Both the position numbers and the translations under genes were made by a program. Under the pieces are notes generated by a model. It did not search any database, had not been told where the DNA came from, and worked only from the letters and a program-made list of their open reading frames with translations. A stretch of DNA of 64,000 nt from a virus: IMG/VR virus record IMGVR_UViG_3300029922_000013, positions 32,001 to 96,000 of that record; one strand, written 5' to 3'. Below, in pieces: positions 27,701-37,546 of this stretch (positions within the stretch are counted from its first letter, which is position 1; every line of letters starts with the position of its first letter).

Positions 27701-28720
27701 TTAAATAGTTGCGGTACTTTTTAAAAAATCCAAACATCTTTGAAAACATTTCCCTTTATTTTTTAAAAAGTCTTTTTCTTTAATATGAAGTATTTTGATA
27801 CCTATAGATTTGAAGTAAGAATCCTTAATTTCATGGTATTTTTTAATATCCTTATCTGGCCAATGAGGTTTAGATCTTTTCAATCCACGAAAGGAATGAT
27901 GGTAGGTTCCGTCAAATTCCACTCCTAATTTGAGTTCTGGTATATAAATATCGATGTCTAGACCATAAATGTGAGGTTTATTTAATATATTTATATTTCT
28001 TTTTCTTAGCTTCGTCGAAGTTGGATAGTATTCTTTTATAAAAGAAGCTAATTCTTTTTCTGGACGAGATTCAGACGATCTTATGGGCATGTGGACACAA
28101 ATTTCATCCATTATTCCCATTCTAAATGCAGCTTTGTAAGCACCAAGATCGTTTTTTTCAAAATCACTTCTAAAAATATATTTTTTAGCAACTTCGTTTA
28201 TTTTTTTATAATTCCAACTATTATAACCTTCTGTCATATGTTCGCAGATTTTATTTAAAATACCTCTTTTATCGGCTGCTGAATAAGCTGCCGGATTTGC
28301 ATTTAAAAAATCTTTTTTACTGTTGTATTTGTTAGCTTCTTCTTGCAATTTTTCTAGAGACCATCTAAAATTAGGGTTGTTCTCACCATTGAAATTTTGA
28401 ATTTTCATATGGGAGCAAACTTTTTGTAGGATGCCAAACTTTTTAGCAGCCTTATATGCCCCATAAGCATGTTTTATAAAATTACTTTTTATATGATATT
28501 TCAGTGCTTCTGTCAAAATTTTTTCTTCATTCCATTTAAAACGAGGATTGTTTTCCCCAGCCATACCCACACGTTTTGGCATGTGGGAACAAACTTGTTC
28601 CATTACGTTAAGTCGTTTCGCAGCTTGATAAGCTGCATAATTGCCTCTCATCAATTTACTTCTGGTAGTGTATTTGTTAGCTTCTTCTTGCAATTTTTCT
28701 AGAGACCATTTGCTTTTCAT
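27701..28720 (-). CDS. Putative homing endonuclease, paralogue of 8531..9502
   Basis: Four EAxKY...AY..A...C.HM repeats, two GENNP motifs, DIDIYIPE...VEFDGTYHHS. Confidence 0.75.
   Translation of the reverse strand: MKSKWSLEKLQEEANKYTTRSKLMRGNYAAYQAAKRLNVMEQVCSHMPKRVGMAGENNPRFKWNEEKILTEALKYHIKSNFIKHAYGAYKAAKKFGILQKVCSHMKIQNFNGENNPNFRWSLEKLQEEANKYNSKKDFLNANPAAYSAADKRGILNKICEHMTEGYNSWNYKKINEVAKKYIFRSDFEKNDLGAYKAAFRMGIMDEICVHMPIRSSESRPEKELASFIKEYYPTSTKLRKRNINILNKPHIYGLDIDIYIPELKLGVEFDGTYHHSFRGLKRSKPHWPDKDIKKYHEIKDSYFKSIGIKILHIKEKDFLKNKGKCFQRCLDFLKSTATI
28324..28709. repeat. 41-nt perfect direct repeat (28324-28364 and 28669-28709)
   Basis: tgtatttgttagcttcttcttgcaatttttctagagaccat occurs twice, encoding WSLEKLQEEANKY. 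Confidence 0.9.
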
Positions 28721-28727
28721 GTTATAA

Positions 28728-28756
28728 AGATTAACACTTTACAATTAAAAAGTCAA
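28728..28756 (-). promoter_or_regulatory. Sigma70-type promoter, leaderless; -10 overlaps a TAATCTTTA late motif
   Basis: TTGACT-17-TAATCT, 7 nt before the ATG. Confidence 0.7.
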
Positions 28757-28780
28757 TATATATTTACAACTTATTGATAT

Positions 28781-30547
28781 TTAAGCTCTTTTGTTTGCTT
28801 CATTAACATTCATTTCAGGATATTCGCAATTTCTTAAAAATTCGCTATCTGCTTTGGCTTCTTCTCTCTCATATATAGGATCTCGTTCAAAGCTAATAAT
28901 TCCCCCTATAGCTCCAAACAAGCTTGCAATAGATACTGCATTGACCAAGGAATCTTGGACGCTTCTAGTCGCATCAAATAGACCCAACTCTTCGGCCTTC
29001 CCGAACTGTTCATTTTCGATGTCATAAACTAGCTGAGGATCTTTAAGAAGCTCCTCTATGATTACTCCAATTTCTTCCCTATCATAGCCCGCATTAGACA
29101 GCAGCTTCTCTGGTAGGCAAAGCAAGGAAGAAAATAGAACGGTCATAGCCGGATCGTTTTCTGGTAGTTTTTCTGCAAGCAACATAGCCATGTCCAAACT
29201 CATTCTGCACCCGCCCGGCAAGCACCCATAGACGATGGCGCTCTTTGCCGCCATAACAGCATCTTCTACTCGGTCAGCCTTCTCTTTAAGGCTCCCAGAG
29301 CTATTACTGAAGATAGTGAGCTTGACAATCCCGCTAGTGAGTTTGCCTAGACGTTCTTCTAGCCAAATTTTCTCTGCGATGCTTTCAGAATTGTCTTTCA
29401 TCTTTTTAAGCTCTTCAGCACGAATTTCAATGTTGAATGGATCACTTTCACCTACAACCGTACTGCGGTAGCGATACATTTCGAACGATTCCATCCCAGT
29501 ACCGAGATCTTTTAGAGTAACTGTGCCTAGTTGATCTTTAAACCCAAACACCTTAGCATTGCAAAAGGCCCCAAGATCCAACAAAAACTGTTGCTGGCTA
29601 TTGACATGCTGAGCCATTGGTGTTCTCATGGGGACGATATTAATAGTACCTGGATTGGCAAAATTGTAAGCTAGTGTAGTCATGACGTTATCAGAAAATC
29701 CATGAGCTACTACGACCACATTTTTAAAGTTTTCGTCGCCATCAGCGTACCTTTGACCAATCTGGTCAAAAATAGGTGACAATCCAATGAGATCGGTAAT
29801 CATTCCATCAAATAGGACAAAAATAGGTTTAATTAAGTGGCATCTAAGTGATGCTTGATCATTGATGTACACATTGCTAAATTTGCCAAGATCTTCCATT
29901 CCGGTTGGAATGGGCATCCCATCAATTCGTTCAACTTTATAGCTATCATTGCCCGTAGCCTCACGAATAGTCACATGGCTGGAATCAGAATAGCCGAGTA
30001 GCTCAAAGCATTCGATAACAGCATCGGCAAGCTCTTTATCCCCATTGGCAGAGATAGTAGCTACTTTGCGGATAAGTTCTTTGTTTTCTTCTGTGATCTT
30101 GATTGCTCGGCTTTCAATGTAAGGAATTAGAATTTCTTTAACTACTTTGTGAATTCTACGGATAGCTTTTTGTGGAGAATACTTGGGATTTTGTTCACAA
30201 AAATCAAACATATGCTTGATGATATTGTAAGATAGAATGGTAGCCGTAGTAGTACCATCGCCTACCGTATTAGCGGTTCTAACAGCTGCATCTCTAGCAG
30301 ATTCGATTATCAGATGCTCATAAGAGTCTTCTGAACCCAAATTCTTAAAGATAGTCACCCCATCTTTAGTCAACCTATTTGGGATGTTAGGAAGACTTTC
30401 TTCAATCAATGTCACACGACCACCTGGGCCGAGAGAACTTCCAACTATGTCCGATACTTTCTTCATTGTCCTTAAAACGATCTTTTTAAGCTGTTCTTGG
30501 TCAGATAAATAAGATTTTGGAGCTGTTTTAGCTTTTCTGATAGACAT
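28781..30547 (-). CDS. groEL: Phage GroEL-like chaperonin
   Basis: SLGPGG, TKDGVT, GDGTTTAT, ATISANGD, EKADRVEDA, LPGG motifs. Confidence 0.9.
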   Translation of the reverse strand: MSIRKAKTAPKSYLSDQEQLKKIVLRTMKKVSDIVGSSLGPGGRVTLIEESLPNIPNRLTKDGVTIFKNLGSEDSYEHLIIESARDAAVRTANTVGDGTTTATILSYNIIKHMFDFCEQNPKYSPQKAIRRIHKVVKEILIPYIESRAIKITEENKELIRKVATISANGDKELADAVIECFELLGYSDSSHVTIREATGNDSYKVERIDGMPIPTGMEDLGKFSNVYINDQASLRCHLIKPIFVLFDGMITDLIGLSPIFDQIGQRYADGDENFKNVVVVAHGFSDNVMTTLAYNFANPGTINIVPMRTPMAQHVNSQQQFLLDLGAFCNAKVFGFKDQLGTVTLKDLGTGMESFEMYRYRSTVVGESDPFNIEIRAEELKKMKDNSESIAEKIWLEERLGKLTSGIVKLTIFSNSSGSLKEKADRVEDAVMAAKSAIVYGCLPGGCRMSLDMAMLLAEKLPENDPAMTVLFSSLLCLPEKLLSNAGYDREEIGVIIEELLKDPQLVYDIENEQFGKAEELGLFDATRSVQDSLVNAVSIASLFGAIGGIISFERDPIYEREEAKADSEFLRNCEYPEMNVNEANKRA

Positions 30548-30578
30548 CGGTGGTTGTTCCCTCGGCTTTTAGTGTTTA

Positions 30579-31178
30579 TTAAGCGGTAGCTTCAGCAGGT
30601 GCGGCTTCTGGAGTAGCATCAGCGGACGCCGATTGAGCGTCTTCGGCTGGCGCTGCAGCAGCTTCTGGGGCTTTAGGAGTAATAATATTGTAGGCTTCTA
30701 GAACATTGATAGAAGCTCCTTGATCGCCTACAGGAATGTTGTCACCCGTTTTAGCACCATCAAGTTTATTCCGAACTTCTTCGTGTTGCAAAGAAGAAAG
30801 CAAGAACTGCATACGTGGATTAACAATCTTACCACTTGCATCAGCTTCGTTGATAATCACGAATGATTCCTTCGAAATAGTGTCGGTAGCAGCTAGAAGC
30901 CCGCTTTCTACCATTTGCGTCACCTTGCTAGAAAGTTCTTTTACATTGTTTTCGGTCATGAAACTAGCGATGGCTTCATCAGTAATGGTTTCGCCTTGAT
31001 TGGAGGCTTTAACAACAGCGTCAAGCTTATTATTGAGAAGCTTTAGTGCCTCTTTAAAGTTACCAAGATCGCGGGCCATTGGCTCCATAGGTTGAAGAGC
31101 CTGAATAATCTGGTGTACTACTTTCTCTAGATCTTCAAGTCGTTCGGTTGCATTCTTTTTGTTTTCAGTATCTGACAT
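30579..31178 (-). CDS. Hypothetical coiled-coil protein, possible degenerate FKBP/trigger-factor-like C-domain
   Basis: 199 aa; AAGGAG RBS; KLDGAKTGD motif; upstream of groEL on the same strand. Confidence 0.55.
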   Translation of the reverse strand: MSDTENKKNATERLEDLEKVVHQIIQALQPMEPMARDLGNFKEALKLLNNKLDAVVKASNQGETITDEAIASFMTENNVKELSSKVTQMVESGLLAATDTISKESFVIINEADASGKIVNPRMQFLLSSLQHEEVRNKLDGAKTGDNIPVGDQGASINVLEAYNIITPKAPEAAAAPAEDAQSASADATPEAAPAEATA

Positions 31179-31272
31179 GTTTATTTCTCCTTGTTTTAAG
31201 TATCTACTCTTCTTATATCATAAGTTGCTTTTTGTTTGACTTTTTACAAATATATATATAGTGTCTATAGTT

Positions 31273-32775
31273 ATGAAAGTCAAGATATTATCGCCCACTA
31301 AAGCGTATATAATGCAAGCTTCCAATGAAGAAATGGAATCTCTAGCAGATCAGCTTACTTATATCGATCTGGCTGTTAAGTATGAGCTAAAAAGACTATC
31401 TCAAAACTTATGGTATAGGAATTCTAACCCCATAAAGTGGCAACTTCAGTGTGATTCACTAAAAGTGAAACTTAAACAAACTCTTATTTTTGATGAAAAT
31501 GGTATAAAATATATACGGCCTGGTAGCTTGCCCTATTTGACGGGTCTATCCGTAGACGTAGATAATCAAGTAATATATCCCACCCCCAAAAAGATCCCAT
31601 GGCAAAAACCTCTGCCATTTACTTTATACGACTTTCAAGGGCTTTCTGTTGAAAAATTAATCGATGGAAAACATGACAACGTAGAATTATGCACAGGTGC
31701 AGGAAAATCTGCAATAATTTTAAGTGTTTGCAGAGAAACTGGTTTTAGATGTGCTATAGTTGCGCCTTCTAAGGGGATTTTTAATGAACTAGTGGAAAAA
31801 TTCGAGTATCATCTAGGTAAAGGGAATGTGGGTAAGTTCGGAGATGGAAAGAAAAAGATAGGAAAAAGAATAACCATTTGTATAGGCGATAGTCTGTGCA
31901 ACCTAAAACGAGGCACAGAAGAGTGGGACTTCTTCTCTAAGTTGGACATGATTGTTTGCGATGAGTCACACACTCTTCCAGCAGAAACTCTAGAGCAAGT
32001 CTGTCATGGTGTGTTTTCTGAGGTTCCTTATAGATTATTCCTATCCGGTACCCAGACTCGAAATGATGGTGGCGTCAAATTATTACAAAGTATAGTTGGC
32101 GAAACTGTTCATAGTTTGACCACGCAAGAAGCTGTCGGAGCTGGTTTTATTTGTCCTCATGATTACAGAATTGTATCCATACAGTCTTCTGACCCAAGTT
32201 TTACAGATACCGACCCTCTGGAAACAAAAAGAATACATTTTTTACGCAATCATAATATAGCGGCTTTTATAGCTAAGTTTTCAACTATTATGGCTGAAAA
32301 AGGGAATCAGACCCTTATTTTAGTAGAAGAACTGAATCAGATAGCTATGCTTAAGAAGTTATTGACAATACCTTTCGGATATGCGCACTCTGAAACAAAA
32401 AAAGAACGACTTCTGGAATTAGGACTAGAAAAGGTGAATGTTGCAGAACAAATTGAACGCTTCAATCGTAACGAATTTAAAGTGTTCGCAGGGACTTCTT
32501 GTCTACATGTTGGGGTGAATATATATCCCATGCGGAATACCTTTAATTGGATAGGGGGATCGTCTGAAATTAAGACCAAGCAAGGTCCTGTTGGGCGTTC
32601 CATTCGTTTAGCTTCAGCCAATCCGTACGCTTCTAAATGTGACAAAAAAGACATCTGCACTATATGGGATTTCAATGTTATAAACAACGATACCTTAGAG
32701 CGCCATTTGCGGAAAAGAATCGAATGCTATGCAGATTCTGGACCAGGCTTGATTAAGTTTGTTAAGTTAAAGTAA
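31273..32775 (+). CDS. SF2 DNA helicase (UvsW-like)
   Basis: TGAGKS, DESH, SGT, QGPVGRSIR motifs. Confidence 0.85.
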   Translation: MKVKILSPTKAYIMQASNEEMESLADQLTYIDLAVKYELKRLSQNLWYRNSNPIKWQLQCDSLKVKLKQTLIFDENGIKYIRPGSLPYLTGLSVDVDNQVIYPTPKKIPWQKPLPFTLYDFQGLSVEKLIDGKHDNVELCTGAGKSAIILSVCRETGFRCAIVAPSKGIFNELVEKFEYHLGKGNVGKFGDGKKKIGKRITICIGDSLCNLKRGTEEWDFFSKLDMIVCDESHTLPAETLEQVCHGVFSEVPYRLFLSGTQTRNDGGVKLLQSIVGETVHSLTTQEAVGAGFICPHDYRIVSIQSSDPSFTDTDPLETKRIHFLRNHNIAAFIAKFSTIMAEKGNQTLILVEELNQIAMLKKLLTIPFGYAHSETKKERLLELGLEKVNVAEQIERFNRNEFKVFAGTSCLHVGVNIYPMRNTFNWIGGSSEIKTKQGPVGRSIRLASANPYASKCDKKDICTIWDFNVINNDTLERHLRKRIECYADSGPGLIKFVKLK

Positions 32776-32795
32776 AATTATGATATATAGGGGTT

Positions 32796-33842
32796 ATGAG
32801 CAAAGGCCCCGCAAAGAAAAAACAATTTGAATCCTTCGACAACAGCTTTTATTGGCTTGCTACTTGTATAGCTGGGATACTTGCTGAAAATAAACTAGAC
32901 AACACTACTCAAAAAGAACAAGTTGAAGAACTAGTATTGGCAGAGAAGCTCTTTAAAGAAGAAATACTAAAATACAAGTATTCTTCTCAAGTATATAAAC
33001 GGTTTATTCAAAAAATCAGAGTTGAAGACCATAACATATTATATTCTAAGCCTTATTTTAGAGAATCTTCTACTACCTTTTCCCAAAAAATTACTCCATG
33101 TCTAAAAAAAGAGGATATCGAAGGTCTCAAAAAGTTCGATATCAATTTTCAGCTCATAAAGTTCATTAAAACCAATTGGCGCGGTCCTCTGGGGGCTAAG
33201 GCTGAAAAGCTTTACCAACGAGTCTACAGGGCCAGGGAAGTTCTTATGGAGAACAATCTGCCCCTAGCTATCAATTGCGCTAAACTGTTTTACAGGAAAG
33301 TTCCCAAATCTAGTTTGACTCTATCGGACATGATTTCTTCGGCAGCCATGGGGTTGAGTTCTGCTGTAGATAAATACACTGGTAAATATACCGAAGTATT
33401 CAGGAGCGTCATTCTTGGTAGGGCTACAGGCAATCTAATCAGAGATTATTCAGCAACTGCCCTTCATTTTTATCCATCAGATCGAAGAGTCATGTATAAA
33501 GCGAATTCTATTCGTGGTAGACAAGGTATAACTGATATCTATGAGCTGACCGCTGCCGTTAATGAAAGTTTCCTAAATGACTCAAAAGAGGGTAAAAATG
33601 TTCCTAAAGGCCAAGTTCAGGTATCAGACTTGCAAGCCCTCATGAATGCCGCCTCTATAGTCTCAGTTGAAGCTACTATCTCTGAAGAGGGATTCGGAGC
33701 TTACGACTATACTCCAGACGAGAAGTCTAATGCCGAAGAATCCATGATTCATCTAGAAACTAATGAAAAGATTAGGAAATTGATTCTAGAGCTACCTCCA
33801 ATCCATAGAAAAGTGTTACGTTTAAAAGGCGTAAATTTTTAG
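32796..33842 (+). CDS. Phage sigma70-family factor truncated in region 4
   Basis: REVLMENNLPLAIN...DMISSAAMGLSSAVDKY (region 2); ends at LPPIHRKVLRLKG (region 4.1). Confidence 0.75.
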   Translation: MSKGPAKKKQFESFDNSFYWLATCIAGILAENKLDNTTQKEQVEELVLAEKLFKEEILKYKYSSQVYKRFIQKIRVEDHNILYSKPYFRESSTTFSQKITPCLKKEDIEGLKKFDINFQLIKFIKTNWRGPLGAKAEKLYQRVYRAREVLMENNLPLAINCAKLFYRKVPKSSLTLSDMISSAAMGLSSAVDKYTGKYTEVFRSVILGRATGNLIRDYSATALHFYPSDRRVMYKANSIRGRQGITDIYELTAAVNESFLNDSKEGKNVPKGQVQVSDLQALMNAASIVSVEATISEEGFGAYDYTPDEKSNAEESMIHLETNEKIRKLILELPPIHRKVLRLKGVNF

Positions 33843-33886
33843 TTGACTTTTGGATAGTATCTGGTAGTATATAGGCAGGAGATATT

Positions 33887-34207
33887 ATGCAACAACCCAA
33901 TTCTTTTAATGGCAAATTGATTCTAGAAGCTTATAAGCACACTGATGTTAAGGCCGAAGTCCGCTCTGGATGGGCTATGCCAGGACAGCGTAATGCTTTA
34001 AAAGGACTTAAAGTACTGATTCAGGCCACACTTTCGGACGGAACCGTTGTACCCTATGGTTCAACAGCTTTTCTCAAAGAAGAATCTCTTCACGTTGCTC
34101 CCTGGGCAAAGAATAAGCTCAAGAGTGACACGTTGCCAGGCGAATTTATTATCGTAACCATGAACGAGGTAGAATACATCACTCCTCCTGAAGGTAACGT
34201 TGCTTGA
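33887..34207 (+). CDS. GroES-like co-chaperonin
   Basis: 106 aa; SFNGKLILE, mobile-loop-like EVRSGWAMP, PYGSTAFL and EFIIVTMNEVEYI align by eye with Cpn10. Confidence 0.55.
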   Translation: MQQPNSFNGKLILEAYKHTDVKAEVRSGWAMPGQRNALKGLKVLIQATLSDGTVVPYGSTAFLKEESLHVAPWAKNKLKSDTLPGEFIIVTMNEVEYITPPEGNVA

Positions 34208-34374
34208 GAATAGGAAGACTAGAATTTGGCCTTATCAAGGGTACGCATGACTGGAGCTTTCACAGAGCTATATGTCAATGTGCAATCCTAAGCACAGGAC
34301 CGTTTTACTTCACTTGGCTAGATAAAAATTGCAAGTGCTTAGCATGTAAGAAATACGATTGTGAGTGCAAATGA
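34204..34374 (+). CDS. Small Cys-rich protein
   Basis: TTG start and TGA stop each overlap a neighbour by 4 nt; 56 aa; not in the ORF track. Confidence 0.5.
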   Translation: MRIGRLEFGLIKGTHDWSFHRAICQCAILSTGPFYFTWLDKNCKCLACKKYDCECK

Positions 34375-35363
34375 TTAAGGTGCTATATGTGGGTGATCCA
34401 CATTTCAAATCATCTCAAAAAGATGAGATGGAACAGCTCATGATTTTTGTTCGTGACAGCGCTTTCGAACACAACGTAGACCAGATCGTAATTCTAGGCG
34501 ATTTAAACGATACATTTGGAGTTCTCAGGACAGACAATCAAGTTTTCTGGGAAAAATGGTTGACTGAACTAAGTGCAGGAAGACCAAAACTTTACGTATT
34601 AGTGGGCAATCACGACAAAAAGAATCAAGGTAATGATGATGATGATGAGAATTCATTGTCAGTGTTCAATTTGATAGATAACCACAATCTGGACATTGTT
34701 GAATCACCAATAATAGACGGCCCATTTGCTTTTGTCCCATACATTCACGATAAAAAGCGATTCGTAGAAGAGTGTAATGCACTCAAGGTTTATGGAGCAA
34801 AAACTTTAATTTGTCACAATGAGTTTGATGGTGGCCAGTATGATAACGGATTCTATATTCCAAATGGGGTGAAACCAGAGGAACTTAATTACGATCTAGT
34901 TATTTCGGGTCATATTCACACTCGATCTACTATCGGCAAAGTAAGACACCCAGGGTCACCCAGATGGATGACTGCCTCGGATGCTAACAAAGAAAAAGGG
35001 CTCTGGCTCGTAACTCATGACTCTAATACGGGCGCCATCTTGCACGAAGAGTTTTTGGACACTTCCCATGTTTGCACTCCCATCTATGCCTACGAGTATA
35101 AAGAAGGAGACAACTATCCAGAGATTCCGGAAGGTTCGAAAGCCTCAGTTCAGCTGATCGGCTCCTCGGAGTGGATTAGTAAAGAAAAGGCAAAACTTAA
35201 AGGTAAAGCTTCCATTAGCTGTAAGATTACTGATAAGACAAAACCTAAGAACCGCAAAACCGGAAATAGTTTAGAATACTTTGTAAATCAAGTGTTTGAG
35301 CCTATTAGCGGACTTAAAAAAGAGAAAATGGTTGATCTGATGAGGGAATTGGGAGTACTATGA
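34371..35363 (+). CDS. SbcD/Mre11-like nuclease subunit
   Basis: GDPH, LGD, GNHD, SGHIH, PGSP motifs; SbcC nearby. Confidence 0.85.
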   Translation: MIKVLYVGDPHFKSSQKDEMEQLMIFVRDSAFEHNVDQIVILGDLNDTFGVLRTDNQVFWEKWLTELSAGRPKLYVLVGNHDKKNQGNDDDDENSLSVFNLIDNHNLDIVESPIIDGPFAFVPYIHDKKRFVEECNALKVYGAKTLICHNEFDGGQYDNGFYIPNGVKPEELNYDLVISGHIHTRSTIGKVRHPGSPRWMTASDANKEKGLWLVTHDSNTGAILHEEFLDTSHVCTPIYAYEYKEGDNYPEIPEGSKASVQLIGSSEWISKEKAKLKGKASISCKITDKTKPKNRKTGNSLEYFVNQVFEPISGLKKEKMVDLMRELGVL

Positions 35364-35722
35364 CTGATAACACAACCAATGAAACTTTGAGAGAAATGGC
35401 TCGTCTTACTGCATTGTCAGGACGTATCTCTGATGTTCAATCAAAAAATCTTCAATATTTTCCATTGGTTTTCTTTGAATCTGTTAAACAGGTCAAAATT
35501 GATTACGATCTAGCCCCAACCAAATCTATGGGTGACGAGCCTACCCAAAGCAATTCCATAGTTTCCTATTTCATTGAGCTAGACGAATCTCAAAACTCAG
35601 ATCTGGACAAACGCTTTCTTGCTTTGGAGAAATCTGTTAAAACTCTATTTTGGACAGATCTGGTAGTAGAAATATATTTTAACGATCAAATCAAATATAA
35701 GAGTAAAAAACATGGGCTATGA
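35360..35722 (+). CDS. Hypothetical protein
   Basis: 120 aa, coupled overlaps. Confidence 0.65.
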   Translation: MTDNTTNETLREMARLTALSGRISDVQSKNLQYFPLVFFESVKQVKIDYDLAPTKSMGDEPTQSNSIVSYFIELDESQNSDLDKRFLALEKSVKTLFWTDLVVEIYFNDQIKYKSKKHGL

Positions 35723-36437
35723 CAACAGTCTGACTATATTAGATAACGGTAAAGTCACAGATATCACCCCTAAAGAACTTCAGGTTATTAACAAGTTTAA
35801 AGAAGAAGGTATGCCAGGATTGGCCTCTCTAGATCCCATCGCTATGACAAAATCTTTAGATTTATACATGTCCGGTAAAACTTACCATGAGATAGCAACA
35901 ACTCTCAGGATTAAAAAAGATCTTGTTCTTTATCTAGGACAAAAGTTTAACTGGTATGCTACGAAAGTTGAGCACCTTGAAATTTTAGATGCTTCATTAA
36001 AAGAGCGCATTCTACATGCTAGCTTGGTAAACCAAGATTTTCTTCTACAAATTCAACAGTTTTTTCATAAAAAGATTGGTCGAAAAATGACCAAATTTAT
36101 AGCTAACAACGATGACGAAGCTGCCAATTCTGTGGATAAAAAAGATATCGAAATGTTCTTTAAAGCCGTGGATTTGTTGGATAAAATTTCATCCGAAAGA
36201 GTTCCCACTAATAACAGTAGGCCTACTGTAGGGCTTAATCTAGGAGATGGGGTTACAGTTAAAAAGGTCGGCGAAAATGAAGTTACCATTACTCCTAGGA
36301 ATAGAACGGTAGGAGAAATGCTTAATGAACTAGCCAATCTAAAACGTGAAGAAGAAAATAAAGCTAAAAATACAACTTATGATATAAACACAGTGAAAGA
36401 TGAAACTAAAAACGAAGGGGAAAGTAATGAGTCTTAA
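35712..36437 (+). CDS. HTH protein, possible terminase small subunit
   Basis: LYMSGKTYHEIATTL...W HTH followed by helical region. Confidence 0.45.
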   Translation: MGYDNSLTILDNGKVTDITPKELQVINKFKEEGMPGLASLDPIAMTKSLDLYMSGKTYHEIATTLRIKKDLVLYLGQKFNWYATKVEHLEILDASLKERILHASLVNQDFLLQIQQFFHKKIGRKMTKFIANNDDEAANSVDKKDIEMFFKAVDLLDKISSERVPTNNSRPTVGLNLGDGVTVKKVGENEVTITPRNRTVGEMLNELANLKREEENKAKNTTYDINTVKDETKNEGESNES

Positions 36438-37290
36438 TTTTAAAAGAGCTTTGGTTGGGTTGAGTGTGTTGGTTGCTATTGTTTTGTATCCGCTTGCATC
36501 AGTGGGTAAATCTACTGATAAGGGCGGTCTCGAATTCAATGAAGATAATTTGGTCACTATTCGAGGAGAAGTCAGCGAAGAAAGTGTGGCACAGGCTATT
36601 AATACGCTCAGAAGCCTAGATGCTCAAACTAGTCGTTTCGGTAAGAACAAGCCAATCTATTTGTTTCTGGATACTCCTGGTGGCGATATTCAGGCAGGAC
36701 TTGAGTTGATCGAAGCCGCAGAAGGTCTAAAACGTCCAGTTCACACCGTTACCTTGTTTGCCGCTAGCATGGGTTTCCAAATCGCCCAAAATATGGGTAA
36801 TAGATACATTCTTAAAAATGGCGTCCTCATGAGCCATAGAGCAGCTGGGGGATTCCAAGGATCTTTCGGTGGTAAGAATCCGAGTCAGCTAGATAGCCGT
36901 TACAGTTTTTGGCTCAAGCGCATTGAAGAACTAGATCAGCAAACTGTAAAACGTACCAACGGAAAGCAAACTCTGGAAAGTTATCGTAAACAATATGCTG
37001 ACGAAATGTGGCTTACAGGAACTCAATCAGTTGAACAAGGTTATGCAGACCAAGTTGTTTCTGTTAGATGCAGCGATACACTGAGCGGCAGCGATGGCCA
37101 CGATGTAAATTTTATGGGGTTCAGGGTCCATTATGAAACTAGCAAATGTCCTATCATTACTTCGCTCCAAAATATAGCCATCGGATCTCTTGATGGTAAA
37201 AATATTTTCACTGCTCCAACTCCAGCAGTAGTGGAAGAAGTGAAGCAAAAGTTTATTGATCAATTTACTCATGAAAAGACTTTGCGTTAA
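36427..37290 (+). CDS. ClpP-like serine protease with N-terminal signal/TM segment
   Basis: IYLFLDTPGG, AASMG, LMSH, W......GYAD motifs. Confidence 0.8.
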   Translation: MSLNFKRALVGLSVLVAIVLYPLASVGKSTDKGGLEFNEDNLVTIRGEVSEESVAQAINTLRSLDAQTSRFGKNKPIYLFLDTPGGDIQAGLELIEAAEGLKRPVHTVTLFAASMGFQIAQNMGNRYILKNGVLMSHRAAGGFQGSFGGKNPSQLDSRYSFWLKRIEELDQQTVKRTNGKQTLESYRKQYADEMWLTGTQSVEQGYADQVVSVRCSDTLSGSDGHDVNFMGFRVHYETSKCPIITSLQNIAIGSLDGKNIFTAPTPAVVEEVKQKFIDQFTHEKTLR

Positions 37291-37535
37291 TGCCTCTCAT
37301 CTTTTATCTGTGTGGGTGTGGCAAGTCCAAGTCTAAATTCTTTAGAATAGCTAAAGAAGCACCCACCAGTTTTCAATGTGATTGTGGAGCAGACTTTAAG
37401 AAGCAACTTTCTGCACCTTCGAATGCAAGTAAGATCACGGTTGATAATGGGGTCCAAGGAAGGGCCGTAGAGGTAGATCTAAACATTATCCAGAGTAATT
37501 TAGACAACAGTATGAAAGATTTTAGTGAAGAATAG
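37290..37535 (+). CDS. FmdB-like zinc-ribbon protein
   Basis: MPL..Y.C.CG...C.CG......SAP. Confidence 0.65.
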   Translation: MPLIFYLCGCGKSKSKFFRIAKEAPTSFQCDCGADFKKQLSAPSNASKITVDNGVQGRAVEVDLNIIQSNLDNSMKDFSEE

Positions 37536-37546
37536 GAGTATTTATT

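Noticed and set aside
35851-35858. Extra AATCTTTA copy
   Set aside because: Inside a CDS, preceded by A rather than C/T and not near a start codon; treated as background.
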